Shown: positions 26,324 to 39,297, counted from the stretch's first letter. The stretch is DNA of 64,000 nucleotides from Owenia fusiformis (GCA_903813345.2 CAIIXF020000001.1:34286001-34350000); one strand, 5' to 3'. Program-made: numbers and translations. Notes: generated by a model from the sequence alone, not told the origin.

Positions 26324-27662
26324 AACCAAATGAAAGTGTAATGAAGTTTGCCAGATTCTTGAATTTATACACCCCTCTTTTGGGATTGGGTTACATAAAG
26401 TATAAAATGTCAAGGCAATGTGAAGTGCTGGAGAATAAAAAATACATTCAAACATCAGCCATTACTCAAATTACTATGAGCATGACTTTTATCAGCATGT
26501 ATCCTCCAAAGATTTTCTTATACCTTCTATATAAATGCTGTTGGATATAATACTGCAAGTCACAATGCCATATAATCCTGTATGAATAAAGTGCATTCAG
26601 TAGCTGACACTTTGAGTAAGTTCCAAATATAACACCAGTTACTATGACACCATGTTGCCATCTTTTTGTGTTGAATATATCATAAACATCACATAGCAAT
26701 TATTTCAGTACTTCTTGGAGAGAGAGACCAAAATTCTTAAAAAAAACTAGGAATTCAATCCAGTTTTCCTATATATGAGATTACTGATAATTAATGTTGC
26801 AATCTAACTTTGCACAGAAACTTTGAAAATCACGGTCCTCTTTTTCAATATAAGGTCAACATTATTGAAAAAGTGAGGAGGTGGGTTACTTATCCATGGC
26901 TAATCTCATTATTAAAATGAGATTTTTATTTTTTTCATGCACTTTTGTTGAAGTCAAGATATTGTTTTAATATAAAATATTCATTGTATGGTTGGGAAAT
27001 ACCCGTGACCAAAAATACAGCTGTCCAAAATCTCTTGCCATGTTGGGTCTACTCCTTTATTATATAAAATACAGTCTAGTTGACTATTTTTTATAAAGGA
27101 CGGGTGTCATTAAGGGCCCTTTTTAGCCCCCAAAGATATCTGATAATAATGCATATCATATTGAAGAAAAATCATTTGTGCTTTATAAAAATACAATTTC
27201 AGCGAATTTTGACCTTTGATGTTCACACAACAGTCATTTAAAGATCATATACCATTTTTGGTGTTTTTACAAAAAAATCTTTATTTATTGTTGTCTAAGT
27301 AAATAGTATATAAATATTAACCAATTCAAATATATTAAAATGTAATATATGAAATACTGAAGAAAAGATATGATTAAAATTATTTTCATGGAAAAGAACA
27401 TAGGGCAATATTGACAAAATGCAAATGCTATTTTGGTAGGTTCTGGGCTAGCAATGGGTACATTTCAACTGTTACTGTAATGGATTACTATTGACTTTTA
27501 TCAACATAACAGGGCAACATTTAAGCAACTTAAATACAAGGAAAATCAAAGATTTCCTCTCATTTCTAAAACGAGGAACAAAAGCATGAATTCAAGGAAA
27601 ATAAATGATGGCCTGTGCCAAAATATATAACATATGAGAAAGTTGTAGCACAGTAAAGGATA

Positions 27663-28065
27663 TGTATAGGATATCATATGATTTTATCTTTATCTCCGAG
27701 TTGATATCAATATCTTGCCAAGTTAGCATAGCGAATTAGCGCAGATATTGATATCAATGAGTTGGATTAACACAATATCACGAAAATTCATAGGATCTTC
27801 TATTTTTCCCATAGTTCACCTCTAAAACTAAACAAAGCATATTAAAACAACATCCATTCATTCATTCATCCCCGTGATGTCATGAAATCACTAATTAACA
27901 AAACACATCATATTGGTGGTAGTTTTCAAATCCCTGCCAAAAGGTAATATCTGTGAAATATTTTCTGTATTCCACAGATATCACTTTTTCCACGCATTTG
28001 CAAAATATCATAAATATGTTTTCATGTTACCTAACAGAGCGGAACAGAGTTCAACTATGGGATAA
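27663..28065. repeat. Element with a long terminal hairpin and a second short inverted pair (class uncertain)
   Basis: Hairpin at 27663-27800 centred on ..tagcgaa..; tcccatagtt / aactatggga pair. Same architecture at 32920-33360. Confidence 0.5.
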
Positions 28066-29060
28066 CAAATAAAAAATAGGTACATAATTGAATTACCACT
28101 CCAAAAATATTAAATATGAGGGTTTAAAGAAAGAATATTGAATATGAGATTCAAAAAGACAAGTGGCCTCATGTCTCACATTACCCAAACCCCAGATCCT
28201 CGATGTCATATACACTTGTATACTGTATATCAATGTTATTTACTGGGAGGATTAAATATGGAGTGTATATAGCAATGGTTAATACGATATTTCCAGATGG
28301 ATATTTTTTCCCTAGAAGCGGAACCCAAACTCAGTCATGACATAGAAGCTAACTTTTCACCCTGGGTATAGTCTGTCACGTGACTTCATGGATGACGTGT
28401 GCGCGAGTGATTCGCATTTTCTTTCGCTTGAGGTTTGTAATCACACTTTTTACATGTTTTAAGATTTTGTATCTCTGTGAAACTTGTCCCGTACCATCAA
28501 TGTCTGAAGACGATCTAATTCACCAAATATCTCATCCAAGCGTGTCCCGGTTAAAGAGAAATTCGCACTTTTGTGTCTCGCAAAATGACGTGTGCGCGAG
28601 TAAATCGAATTTTACGAAGGATGGGTGCGCGAGTCTAAAATATCTTTATTCACTTGAGACAATTCTGCAAGCTAAGGCAGAATACAACTCACGTGACATT
28701 TGTTTTTGTCATCTTAAAGTAGTATGTTAAAGAATAGTTTGCTATTTTGTAGATGTTTCATGTATGGCACATACATGTCTACGTTTAATGACAATAAATG
28801 TTTTGAAATAGCTTGTAGGGCTGTCCGGCATTGCAGGTGAATTAAAATTTGAACCAAAAAATGAATTAAATTTTTGGTGGTCTCATAAAACCGGCAGCAT
28901 ATTCATTTATTGACATCCCATACAAGGGGGGGGGTCAGAGTTGTTATGTGGTTACTCGGCATCCGCCACGATCAGAACCATGTAAGGAATAGTAAGGGGA
29001 AGCCCATGATACCAAGTAATATCAAATAATTATAGGAGCTTCTAACTTCTTCCGCATCCC

Positions 29061-29303
29061 CACCCTTGGTATACGCAGCTGACAAAATGGATCGGTACGG
29101 GTCAAAAGCTGGACCGGTACGGGTTAACGGTTTTATTTGAATTTAAAACAGCTATAACTTGCTCAATATTGACTTCTTCGTATCTAAGCTAGTTGAAATA
29201 TATGATCCCTCCGAATGATTTTAAGTACCCCCAAAGTTCACCCGTACAGGTCCAGCTTTAGACCCATACCGGTCCATTTCGTCAGCTGCGTATACCAAGG
29301 GTG
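29061..29303. mobile_element. 243-bp MITE with CACCCTT ends and a 5-bp TSD
   Basis: ATCCC|CACCCTTGGTATACGCAGCTGAC ... GTCAGCTGCGTATACCAAGGGTG|ATCCC, ~65-bp TIRs. Confidence 0.9.
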
Positions 29304-29764
29304 ATCCCACATACTTTGTTTTTACAGACTCAGAAATCAATGTTCGCTATAAATGTAGCAATATAATATGAGCTTTCGTGTACTCAGATCCTCCATTTGT
29401 AAAAAACAATTGAAGAACAGCATAATAGAAAGTCAAATACAAAATTGATTTGCGCCCAAAATAGTTTGGGTAATGATTCCCGTCACTACCATGCATTTGT
29501 CCCCAAAGCAAGGTATTCAGATGGGTAAAATCTTGATACCTCCCCCTCCCCTACTAAAAATGATTTGAATTTGGTTTAAAAATATATACCCCAAGAACAC
29601 TTTAAGGTATCATAAATTATTGAGGTAGTTATTAGTTAGAAAACACCGTGCCCTTATAGTATTTATTACAATTCTAGAACAATTTCATGAAACGACTCAT
29701 AAGGAAATTGTTTTTGTAACTGTTTATACATTTCACTTGTTATTATTAGTTTCAGGTATTTAAT

Positions 29765-30268
29765 ATGGATAGCCCAAGCACGAGTGGTTTAGAAACTACT
29801 GTCAGAAGTCTAGATGGCTCATTTTTCGATGACTCATTTAAGGTGAGCCATGAAGTTGTTTTTACATCGACGCCAATTAAGAAACCACAAGACAGAACTC
29901 CTCAAGAATACTTATGTGATATATGTGGTGCAGAATACAAAAGCCAATCAGGCTTAAGATATCACCGCGCAAGCAAACATGGTATTGATGTAAAACAATG
30001 TTCTCAATGCGATATGTCATTTAGGAGAATCGAGGATCTTAATGATCATATGATTAGCCATGGACAGCGACTTCCATATACATGTGATAACTGTCAAAAA
30101 ACATTCCAACATCTCAAAAGTCTTCGACGCCATGCGTCAGGATGTGGATTGACGGAAGCGTTCAGGTGCAAGACGTGTAACAAATCTTTGTCCTGCAGAG
30201 CTACATTGCTAAGGCATGAGAAGGCACACACAGAATCAATATTGTGTCTAGCTTGCAGAATTGTTTAA
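29765..30268 (+). CDS. C2H2 zinc-finger protein (three C2H2 plus one C2HC finger), probably C-terminally truncated
   Basis: CDIC..HRASKH, CSQC..HMISH, CDNC..HASGC and CKTC..HEKAH. A ttagtttcag acceptor lies 9 nt before the ATG, and the last codons and stop lie within the right TIR. Confidence 0.8.
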   Translation: MDSPSTSGLETTVRSLDGSFFDDSFKVSHEVVFTSTPIKKPQDRTPQEYLCDICGAEYKSQSGLRYHRASKHGIDVKQCSQCDMSFRRIEDLNDHMISHGQRLPYTCDNCQKTFQHLKSLRRHASGCGLTEAFRCKTCNKSLSCRATLLRHEKAHTESILCLACRIV

Positions 30269-31742
30269 AATGAATATAAATATGTTAGACTCGCGCACCC
30301 ATCCTTCGTAAAATTCGATTTACTCGCGCACACGTCATTTTGCGAGACACAAAAGTGCGAATTTCTCTTTAACCGGGACACGCTTGGATGAGATATTTGG
30401 TGAATTAGATCGTCTTCAGACATTGATGGTATGGGACAAGTTTCACAGAGATACAAAATCTTAAAACATGTAAAAAGTGTGATTACAAACCTCAAGCGAA
30501 AGAAAATGCGAATCACTCGCACACACGTCATCCATGAAGTCACGTGACAGACTATACCCAGGGTGCTTTTGCAATTAATAGAAACTTGTTTTTTATTATA
30601 TTTTTGTGTTCTATATTTGAGATGAAATAATATGAGATTCATTTCTACAAGAGGATGGAATGAATGTGAACTTGCGTATTGAACTATACTCCTTTTCTGA
30701 ATAAACAGAACAACATTTTATCCAAGCCAATTAAGAAAACCAAGGCCAATGAGTGTAATTTATGCCCAGTTAAACTAACACAATAAAAACTTTTTGTCTG
30801 GACTCACTTATTATGTAAGAATGAATTGTATTACTGTTTACTGCATTAAATGTCAAATATACTATCTGTATTTAATTTCAAATGCCTATCTCACTTATCG
30901 AAGGTATACAAGAAATGTTATTTTGAAACAAATTCAGCACAACCAAAACCATGTCCACATAATATGACAAATCCAAGATGGCTGCCACAATTTTAGATCC
31001 ATGCACATGTGAAGAAGTTAGAAATACACATGGTCCACAAGTTCCATCCCCAATAAAATGGGAAGTTTAAGGTTTTCACACATATCAACTCTATTCCTAT
31101 ATACTTTATATTTGTGGTAAGGCTTGTGATCTAGGTAAACTTAGCATGTTCGTGTACCTCCTATCCTCTGAAGCTAAAAACAGAAATAGTGACTTCAATT
31201 GAGAAAAAATGAATCTTATGGGCTCCATATACATTTTGAGTGGCTGTCCGGCTTAAGTTAGATACTACTGATAATCTGAGATTGAAAATTATGTCAAGTT
31301 TATTCCTCAGCCTCTCATAACGGATAACTTCGAGGTAATTGTGTTGTTACTGCAAAAACCTCTATTTCTTCATCACAAATCTACCATCTTTTGCATCTGT
31401 CAAAACCCTTCATTTCATGTTAATTTTCAGACTTTTGCTTGTGCCATCATTAAATATATATATTCAACTTGTTATTCAGAATATTTTAAGAACTTTTCAT
31501 GAATTTTTTTATTTTGGCACTTTTGAAAAAATGACTAAGTCAGAGAATGGCCTCTTAATGGCATGTCCCCTTTAAATTTTTTTTGCAAAACACACATTTT
31601 TTAACCCAAAAACTCACTTCGACACCTATTTCATCTTGGCAAATCTCAGAATCAATAAAAGGAACCCTTTACCTTTCATTTGATAACCATGGTTAAGGTG
31701 CTCGTCAAAATGTAAGATGTCATTTATTTTCAACATACCAAT

Positions 31743-32175
31743 AGACTAGATGCGAGTAGAAATAATCTTGATTTACATCATCAAATATTCAAAATACAGT
31801 CAAAGTGATGTCATATTTGAAATCTACATGTAAAAGTACATCTATAAATATTGTTTCGAAAATTGTTTATCAACTTTGAAAATTTAATTTTTTTGAAAAT
31901 GTGACTTTTAGTTCGGGTTGATTCCCCATAGACCCCATGTTACAAAATCACATAAGTGAAATATCTTTTCTTGTATTGGACAGAAAACATTTTATTTTAC
32001 TGGACATATTTTGATTTTGCATAACTATTAGATACATAAGGGTTATATAAAAATTGAACCACTAAAACAGATGTAATTCAAGTAAAAGGGAACTTTCTAC
32101 TATACCCGCCATGCTATCTGACCCGAACGAGCCACCTGGTGGTAAAACTGAAAACTACCTACTCGCATCTGCATT
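31743..32175. mobile_element. MITE copy 2 (AT TSD, CTCF-like motif)
   Basis: Near-identical to 19785-20193. Confidence 0.85.
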
Positions 32176-32919
32176 ATTGTAGACTACTAGCAATTCCTGG
32201 AGCGAGCCATTTGGTTGCATAATAAACTCTCTCACAAGTATTTGTACAGGGTGTTTCATAATGTTCATCTCCAAAGTCAATTTGAGATATTAGATAGACT
32301 TATAATGTATATCTCATATAGGAATTCTTATTTCATTTTAGACCAAAAGATCTCATACATGTGATAAATGTTACAAATGGTTTGCATTTGAACGTTGTAT
32401 TACATGTACATCCGAAATCTGGAGATTTTTTACTAATTGCCTTCGTTCTGTAACATCCTTTATTTTTATTTAGAATGTATAAGTTGACCAAATAACTTAT
32501 ATCGAAAGCTCTCTAGTATATGTATAATACATAACTTTATATTATGTCTTCTGGCCTATTACCCATACATTTGATAATATCTTATCTAGATTTTTTCTCA
32601 GAAGTTCCCTGTTTAAATAATGTAAGATGAAATTTTACTCCTTGAACCCAACTAAACAGTAATTAACAGAAAATGCTCAGGTAATAGAAATATTATATTT
32701 TAAGTGTGACCATATCCATATTCCCTGACAATATATACCAAATATTCCATTCTATTGAGGTGAATACATGTTCATCTTTCCCTCAGTATATTTCCCGCAG
32801 CCCGATTCATTTGAATCTTCTTCAAATTAGGCGTCTTCAAACCATTTAATACATTATTAGATACGATACATTTGTCACATGAATAACCAAGATACAGCCA
32901 CTCTTATTAGTCCGATATT

Positions 32920-33360
32920 TATAGAATATCCTATGATTTTGAGGAATATCATTTTTATCTACGAGGTGATATTGATATCTGCACGAGAGAGCAAAGCGAA
33001 CTAGTGAATATATCAATATCACCGAGTAGATTAAAATGATATTCTGAAAAAAATCATCTATTAGGATGTTCTTATTATCCTACACTTACAAGGAGTGTAC
33101 CAGATGTATAATATCATTGCAAAATGAATTTCATGCCAAATAGAGTCAATTTGGTGGGAAATCAACAAGCGGAGTATATCGTCACAATATCCTCCGCATA
33201 TTGGGTTTTCGGAGTATATCGTCACGATATCCTCCACCCGGAGTATATCATCACGATATCCTCCGGTTATTTATTTTGCCAATAGATATCAAATTTATTT
33301 TTTGATGTTATACATTCAGTACACCATGGAAGTCCATGAGTACACTAAGGTAGGATAATA
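32920..33360. repeat. Second long-hairpin element (class uncertain)
   Basis: Hairpin centred on gagcaaagcgaac, tattatccta / taggataata pair, and three internal ggagtatatcgtcacgatatcctcc-like palindromes. Confidence 0.55.
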
Positions 33361-34277
33361 CCATCTCTCATCCTCAAAAGTCACACGTGCACGATGACTT
33401 GTGACATCACTGGTTTATAAACGAACTACCGTGCAGTGATATTGCGGCGGGCAGGTATCTCACCGTTAGCATGGTAACTTCGTAATAAACAACTGACGTG
33501 ATCGGTTCTAGTCCCATGCTCAGGTCGCGTGATTGTAAAATTAGACAATTTCATTGGTTGAATTGCGCGTATTAACTAATAAACAACACGTGCGGTAAAC
33601 TATTATCAACAAAACTTTTACTCAGAATTCCTTCCGCGGTGATTTCTTCTCATATTTCAATAATTTTGAAATATTTTGACAAAATAATGTTTGGGGAACA
33701 TTCATGAATACACACAAGACAAAATCGTGTTTAATAACTAGCAATACCAATGTTACAACCATCTTACCCGGTCCTTAGTACTCGCAATCCTTGATTATTG
33801 ATACACTTATCTGGAAGGTTATTTGAGCTTACCCGTTGGTATTGATACACTTATCTGTGTTTTTTTGGCCCGAATACTGAGGTTTATTTTTTTAATTATT
33901 GAGTCTTATTCTATTGCATTAATATGTAGTTGACTTTGTAACTACGGACGTGATATGATAGGTCTATTACATAATATGTATATATAAATATCGTGATGAT
34001 TAATGAATCTAGATGAAGACTAATCATTAAAACAAACTTAGACGACATTTAATATTTAAAGAAAAATAAATTTGATAGATAACTTATGCATGTATAAGTC
34101 TCTTAGTAAAAAATTTAAGGGAAACTGGTTTCGTGATTTAACAGAGGACAGCAAGGTATCAATGTTGTTGTCTACGATCCCGTATTTATTTACAGTTTGT
34201 AGATTAAGGATCCTTATTTAAAGACAACGTCGTCTTTATGAATTATTTAAGACATCAGTAGTCACAGACTTTTCTAA

Positions 34278-34923
34278 AATCTAAAATTTAATGATAACAA
34301 AAGGATTAATTGCTTAGTTCTCTTTGTCTTAGTCTTTGTTTTCTTAAATGCGGAAGTGTACCAACATCATCTAAATTACATAAGAGATCATCTAACAGTC
34401 TAAAATTGCTTTTAATTGCAAGTTAATGCATTCCGATCAAAATTTGTATACCTGTAATTTGGGGGGGGGGCGATGTTACATCACATAACTACAACGTCCA
34501 TATAGAAATATACAATAAGCATGTCCGTATAAAAGCTAAAATTATAAAAACTCATTTCAAAGTCATTCTGTTCATGGAAGCGTCAAGTTATGAAAAACAA
34601 TGCTAAACACTCAAACAAATCGACTTGATTACCTTTGAAAACTTCTTGAGAGGAAATGGACAAATGTATTTTTCGAACTCATTAGCACGTCTGTCTGATT
34701 GAAATACTATTTTTTAAATACAAACATAAATGATTTAATCTTGGTCAGAAGTCTGAACATTGTCCAACAAATTTAAAATAATAAGAATCTAACATTTAAT
34801 GATTACAAAAGGATTAATTGCTATATAGTCTTTGTCTTAGTCTTTGTTTTTCTAACGGCGGAAGTGTACCAACATCACCTTGATTACAGAAGAGATCATC
34901 TAACAGTCTAAAATTGCTTTTAA
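34278..34923. repeat. ~135-bp direct duplication (about 34278-34415 and 34787-34923)
   Basis: Shared aatcta..tttaatga..caaaaggattaattgct...agagatcatctaacagtctaaaattgcttttaa. Confidence 0.75.
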
Positions 34924-37145
34924 CTTCCGGGTTTTAATTACATTTTATGTATAAACTTTTTGCCTCTATTCTCATTTTTAAACCTGTTTCTGTTTGCGTA
35001 TTTAACAATTGTGATAAATTATTCAGTTAGTGTCGAAATCAAAACAATTTTCTACATTAATAGCGGGATTAATAGTCCCCTCCTCTTGCACTGACTAAAT
35101 ATTAAAATAAGCCAGTCTGATTGCGAATTTACAAATACTGTAAAAGTAGCTTCAAACCGCTTTTTCATCAGAGAAAACAATAAGTTAATTCATCTGATTG
35201 CGAAAATACGAATCAATCTGATTATCTGATCTCCATGCTATTTGATTCGTGCATTATCTACAAGTCAGTCGGGCAAGGGTGAAATTATTTCATTTGAAAA
35301 CAGAAATAAATATCAGAATCTCTCTAGCATAACTATTCGGAAGAGATTCATACAAAAATAAGGTACACAACTGATGAAGGGTCGCACGTAATGCACGCAT
35401 CCCTCTCCTCCTCCTCCGTGTTTGCCATATACGACCATATTTGACAATTTTTCTAAAAGCGTTTTCCCCGGGAATATAGGTGTAGCGGTTGCCAGAAGTC
35501 GCACAGCTTGGGAGTCAGGGTATCCTGATCCATGCCTCAACGCCTGACGGGTCTGATATTTAGAGGGGGTGCAAAAATTATTAGGGGGCGGGGTAAACGT
35601 GAAAGTTGCCAAAATATCCATAGGCGTATAGCAACCTCCCCCATAACAATAAAAATAAAACGCTGAGAAAGAAGAAGAAGAAAGGAGCATTAAAATGCCA
35701 CAATCATACCCTCCTGACTGAAAACCGAAATCTTTTTGGCGATCGCACCCCTCCCCCCTGACTGAAAGCTGGCTACGCCCTTAAAATCTGTTTTTGGTCA
35801 TCAATAAAACTATATTTATATGGTGAGGATTTATGGATTTTGATAACAATAAGCTTTATATATGCTTTAATGTTTTATTTATCATGATGCTTTTATGTAG
35901 GCTATTAATTACAGTTCTTTTTGCAATAAAAAACTGGTATGTTTATGCAAATTCCGATTGGACCAATATAAAGGGATATTGTTTCATTATATGGACTTGA
36001 GAAAGTCCGACATACTCATTGCTTTCAACCCAAAACTTAAAATAGGAAGTTATCAAGATCCCAAGAACACGATCGATACTTAAACAATAGGTTTGTAAAA
36101 TCCCGGCGATCGAAATGCAATGAAACTTTCGCAATCAGGTGCCTAATTAGTCTTTTGATCTCTAAAGTTTTACGACTGAACTTTTCAATGAACTCGTGAG
36201 AAGCAAACGCAATCATCATATAAACATTTTTCTAGTAAATCTAAAATAGAGTAAAACCCAGGGAAAAAGATCGCGTGGTTATTTGATTATTTCATAGGAA
36301 TTAGGCATATTTCAATTTTGAAATAACAAAAGTCAGTCTCGGAAGAATTTTCCAAGCATTCCCTGCTTCGATGCGTTTTTATTGCAAGGGCCGTTTAGCG
36401 CCGATATGAATTCATTAGGGCATTAGGGTTGTGCTTTATTTGTTTTATTTATATAAATGTTATGAAATGTGTACGACACTTTAATGAATTATTTTTAGGG
36501 TTACAATGCATATTTGACTTTTCCCTCTAAACGTTTAAAATTCATCTTTATACTTTTCTTAGTTTGATTCAATAAAATTAACATTGGATCCCAGACAGTT
36601 ATCAAATTCTCAGACATTTGATTAATATAGATATTTGTACTTCCTGTGACCAGAGGCTGGTGTGACTGAGATTCGAATCTAATCTGTTTCATTTTTATGT
36701 AAATTGAGAGGAATAAAGTTTTATTTTAAGCGTTTTAACAATCTTAACGTTTGGCGTGCAGCTCAACTTAATACACAATCAAAGGACTAAATACAGAAAC
36801 AAGAACATGCCTTTTATTTGTTATTCAAGCTCGAGCAATATCCCCGGCGTTATAAAACCAAAATAACTGCGGTTAGGTAGCATCTTGATTACAGTAAAGA
36901 CAGGCCATCTTATTTTTAGGAATTATTTCTGCCTCTCATTCCTTAAACCGGCTTCGTTAAACAGTGCCAAAATATTTAAGTCGGAGCCAAAAACAAGACT
37001 ATTTTTATATTTAAATCCCCTCACCTTGTCAATGTCTATGCCTGCATCTGGTTTTCCCACCTTTGAGAGGGAGCCAATTACCCTGCGTGCAGAGTCTAGT
37101 TAAACTACACTCTGCCTAGTAGAGACCATATTTCAGTTCAGTAGT

Positions 37146-37460
37146 CCCGCCCCCATGATGGGTACCGGTGACAGTTTGGGTAATAAATCACTTTTGACCT
37201 ACGCGCTGACCTTTCTTCCACCAATCAGCCAGCTTGAAGAAACGTACGCCAAATGCGTTCTAATTAAATATGCGCATGTCATTGGTCAATTCCGGGCTCA
37301 ACAATGACGTCAGAAGGAATGACCATATATAGAACGTCGGTCAAATTTGGCCGACGAACACTGATTGGCGTGGTGAGTTCATAGGTTTATTTTAGTTTGA
37401 AAGAGTGAAGAAGAAGCTCTCTTTTAAGAAGTGAAGTCAAACGAATGCAAAGGGTAGGAG
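37146..37460 (+). promoter_or_regulatory. Pol II promoter-like motif cluster inside the ATXN7L3 intron, antisense to the host
   Basis: GC box 37146, CCAAT 37221, ATTGG 37281 and about 37364, CRE TGACGTCA 37305, TATATAGA 37326, possible ATG CAA AGG|gtagga at 37445. Confidence 0.45.
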
Positions 37461-39297
37461 CCAATATACACATAGATTACTTACTGGCCATGGACAGGGG
37501 GGGGCACAGAAACGAACATTCTGGGGTCATAAGGGATAACTGGGGAAGGGGGGGGGGGGTGGTGGTGAATAGTGAAGTCCGGGAGTGAAGTTAAGGGGTA
37601 CTGAAATCTTTCTTTTGATATTTAGTGCTTGAATGGAGACTTGTTTCCACTCCCAGCATTCTAGTAGAATTTAAATATTTGATCCAAAGGAGTTATTTTA
37701 AATCAAACTTCCATTCCGATTAATTAACACTATCATGATTGTACCGCTTCACTATTGTCTAAGATAATTATAATGAATTCACGGGACACTATAGTCTTCC
37801 TTTTAAACTTTAGTGGTTGGATGGAGACTTGTTTCCCCACCCCGTACACTAGTAAATTTGTAAACTTAAATTATTTGATTTAGGGAGGTATTTGCAATCC
37901 AAATCTGATGATGCAAGACTAGTCAGCCAAGACTAAATTATGAACTTATTATCATTTAGACTATTGAGTTCATTAAATTATAATTCCATAGATATCATAT
38001 TTAATCCTGTCAACACAATAATGGTATTAATTGGCATGATATGTAATCAGAGACGGTTTAAAAAGTTGTTTAGATTAATGATAGTATTAGGAAAAATCCT
38101 AATTCAAAGTTTTAGTTCTCTCGCAATCCAGAGCAAACCACTCACCGGGCAAGCATTCTTTAAAATCGTTTTCACCATGTTGAGCAGTTTTGAAAATTGT
38201 CCAATTTGAACCATCGCCTTGTATATTTTTATAACTGCCCCCCCCCCCTTGACACTCGAGTGTAAGAATCCTTTCCACACTGTCAATGGTTTTACAAAAT
38301 AGTTCATGTCCGGAAGGGGGAGGGGTGAGTGTGGAGAACAATCACTGACTGCGATTTGTATGTATTATTATATCTTGGTTACCCCCATATCTGGCGAGCA
38401 TTGAACATTATACACTTATCATAAATTCGTAAAGAATAGTTTTAAAATAAACATGAGTTACTTGTAATTATCAGACCGATCTTTTATGAACAATATTATA
38501 TATCAGACTCTTTTATGGACAATATTATATATGCGAAGAATTATTAAACGCTTGCTGCATGCAAACATACAACACTTTTTAATTGGAATACTTTACTTAG
38601 TTAATTAACACAGTTGTCATATGACACACGGATAAGACGTAACTGGTCCAAGGATAAACTCTATCTATCTTTCAATAGAGTGAACTTTTTATTCCTGAGA
38701 ATTAGTAGTTAGTCGTGGTTATTACTTATGGCTAACACATAAAGTATTCTTTCTTAGTAGTGCTTACAAAATAGTGTTTCCCGTTGTGACATATTTTATA
38801 AGTTGTGTGAAAATTGACCACATATGCGATGAAAAGGGGAACTATTTTCCCCAAATTTTGGGGATTTGCTTCATCTGCCCGCCGCAGTGTCTATACCGAG
38901 ACACTGCATTGGATTTCGGTTTACAAACATAAAAAATGGCAACGGATACACCGTTACTATGAGTACTCATGCTCATTCTAAAAATATAAGCTTTGACGTC
39001 ATAACAATGATGTTTGGTTGCCATGCGTATCTAAGTATTTTCTATAACATTGATGTGACATCATAACAAAAACATAACATCCGGGACTTTCTACCGTGGT
39101 ATATACTCCGTGGTATATACAGTTGAAAACGAGGCTGCAGCTGGACAATGCAGGAAACAATGAAATACACCCTAATATTTTTAATCATGTGATCGGTTCT
39201 TATCCAATGAGAAAGCGAGAAACATTTCAATGATATAATAATGTTCAGTATTTGTAAGTGCCTTAACAGCATATTATTAAACTGAAATATGTCTTAC

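Larger units (their letters stand above)
22734..27085. mobile_element. 4.35-kb element bounded by ~207-bp inverted repeats, filled with nested MITEs
   Basis: 22734-22940 is the reverse complement of 26879-27085 with few mismatches. No clear TSD. Confidence 0.75.
28358..30565. mobile_element. Transib-like non-autonomous transposon (CACCCTG ends, ~317-bp TIRs, 5-bp TSD) carrying a zinc-finger gene
   Basis: CTTTT|CACCCTGGGTATAG ... CTATACCCAGGGTG|CTTTT. 28358-28674 is nearly identical to the reverse complement of 30249-30565. Confidence 0.85.

Noticed and set aside
28358..28400. True RSS (heptamer-12/23-nonamer) in the CACCCTG ends
   Set aside because: Only CAC..TG matches the heptamer. There is no ACAAAAACC nonamer at 12 or 23 bp, and both ends are symmetric.
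28380..30642. Duplicated ORFs 28380-28730 (+) and 30265-30642 (-)
   Set aside because: They are the two TIRs read inward, start at non-ATG codons, and show no protein motif.
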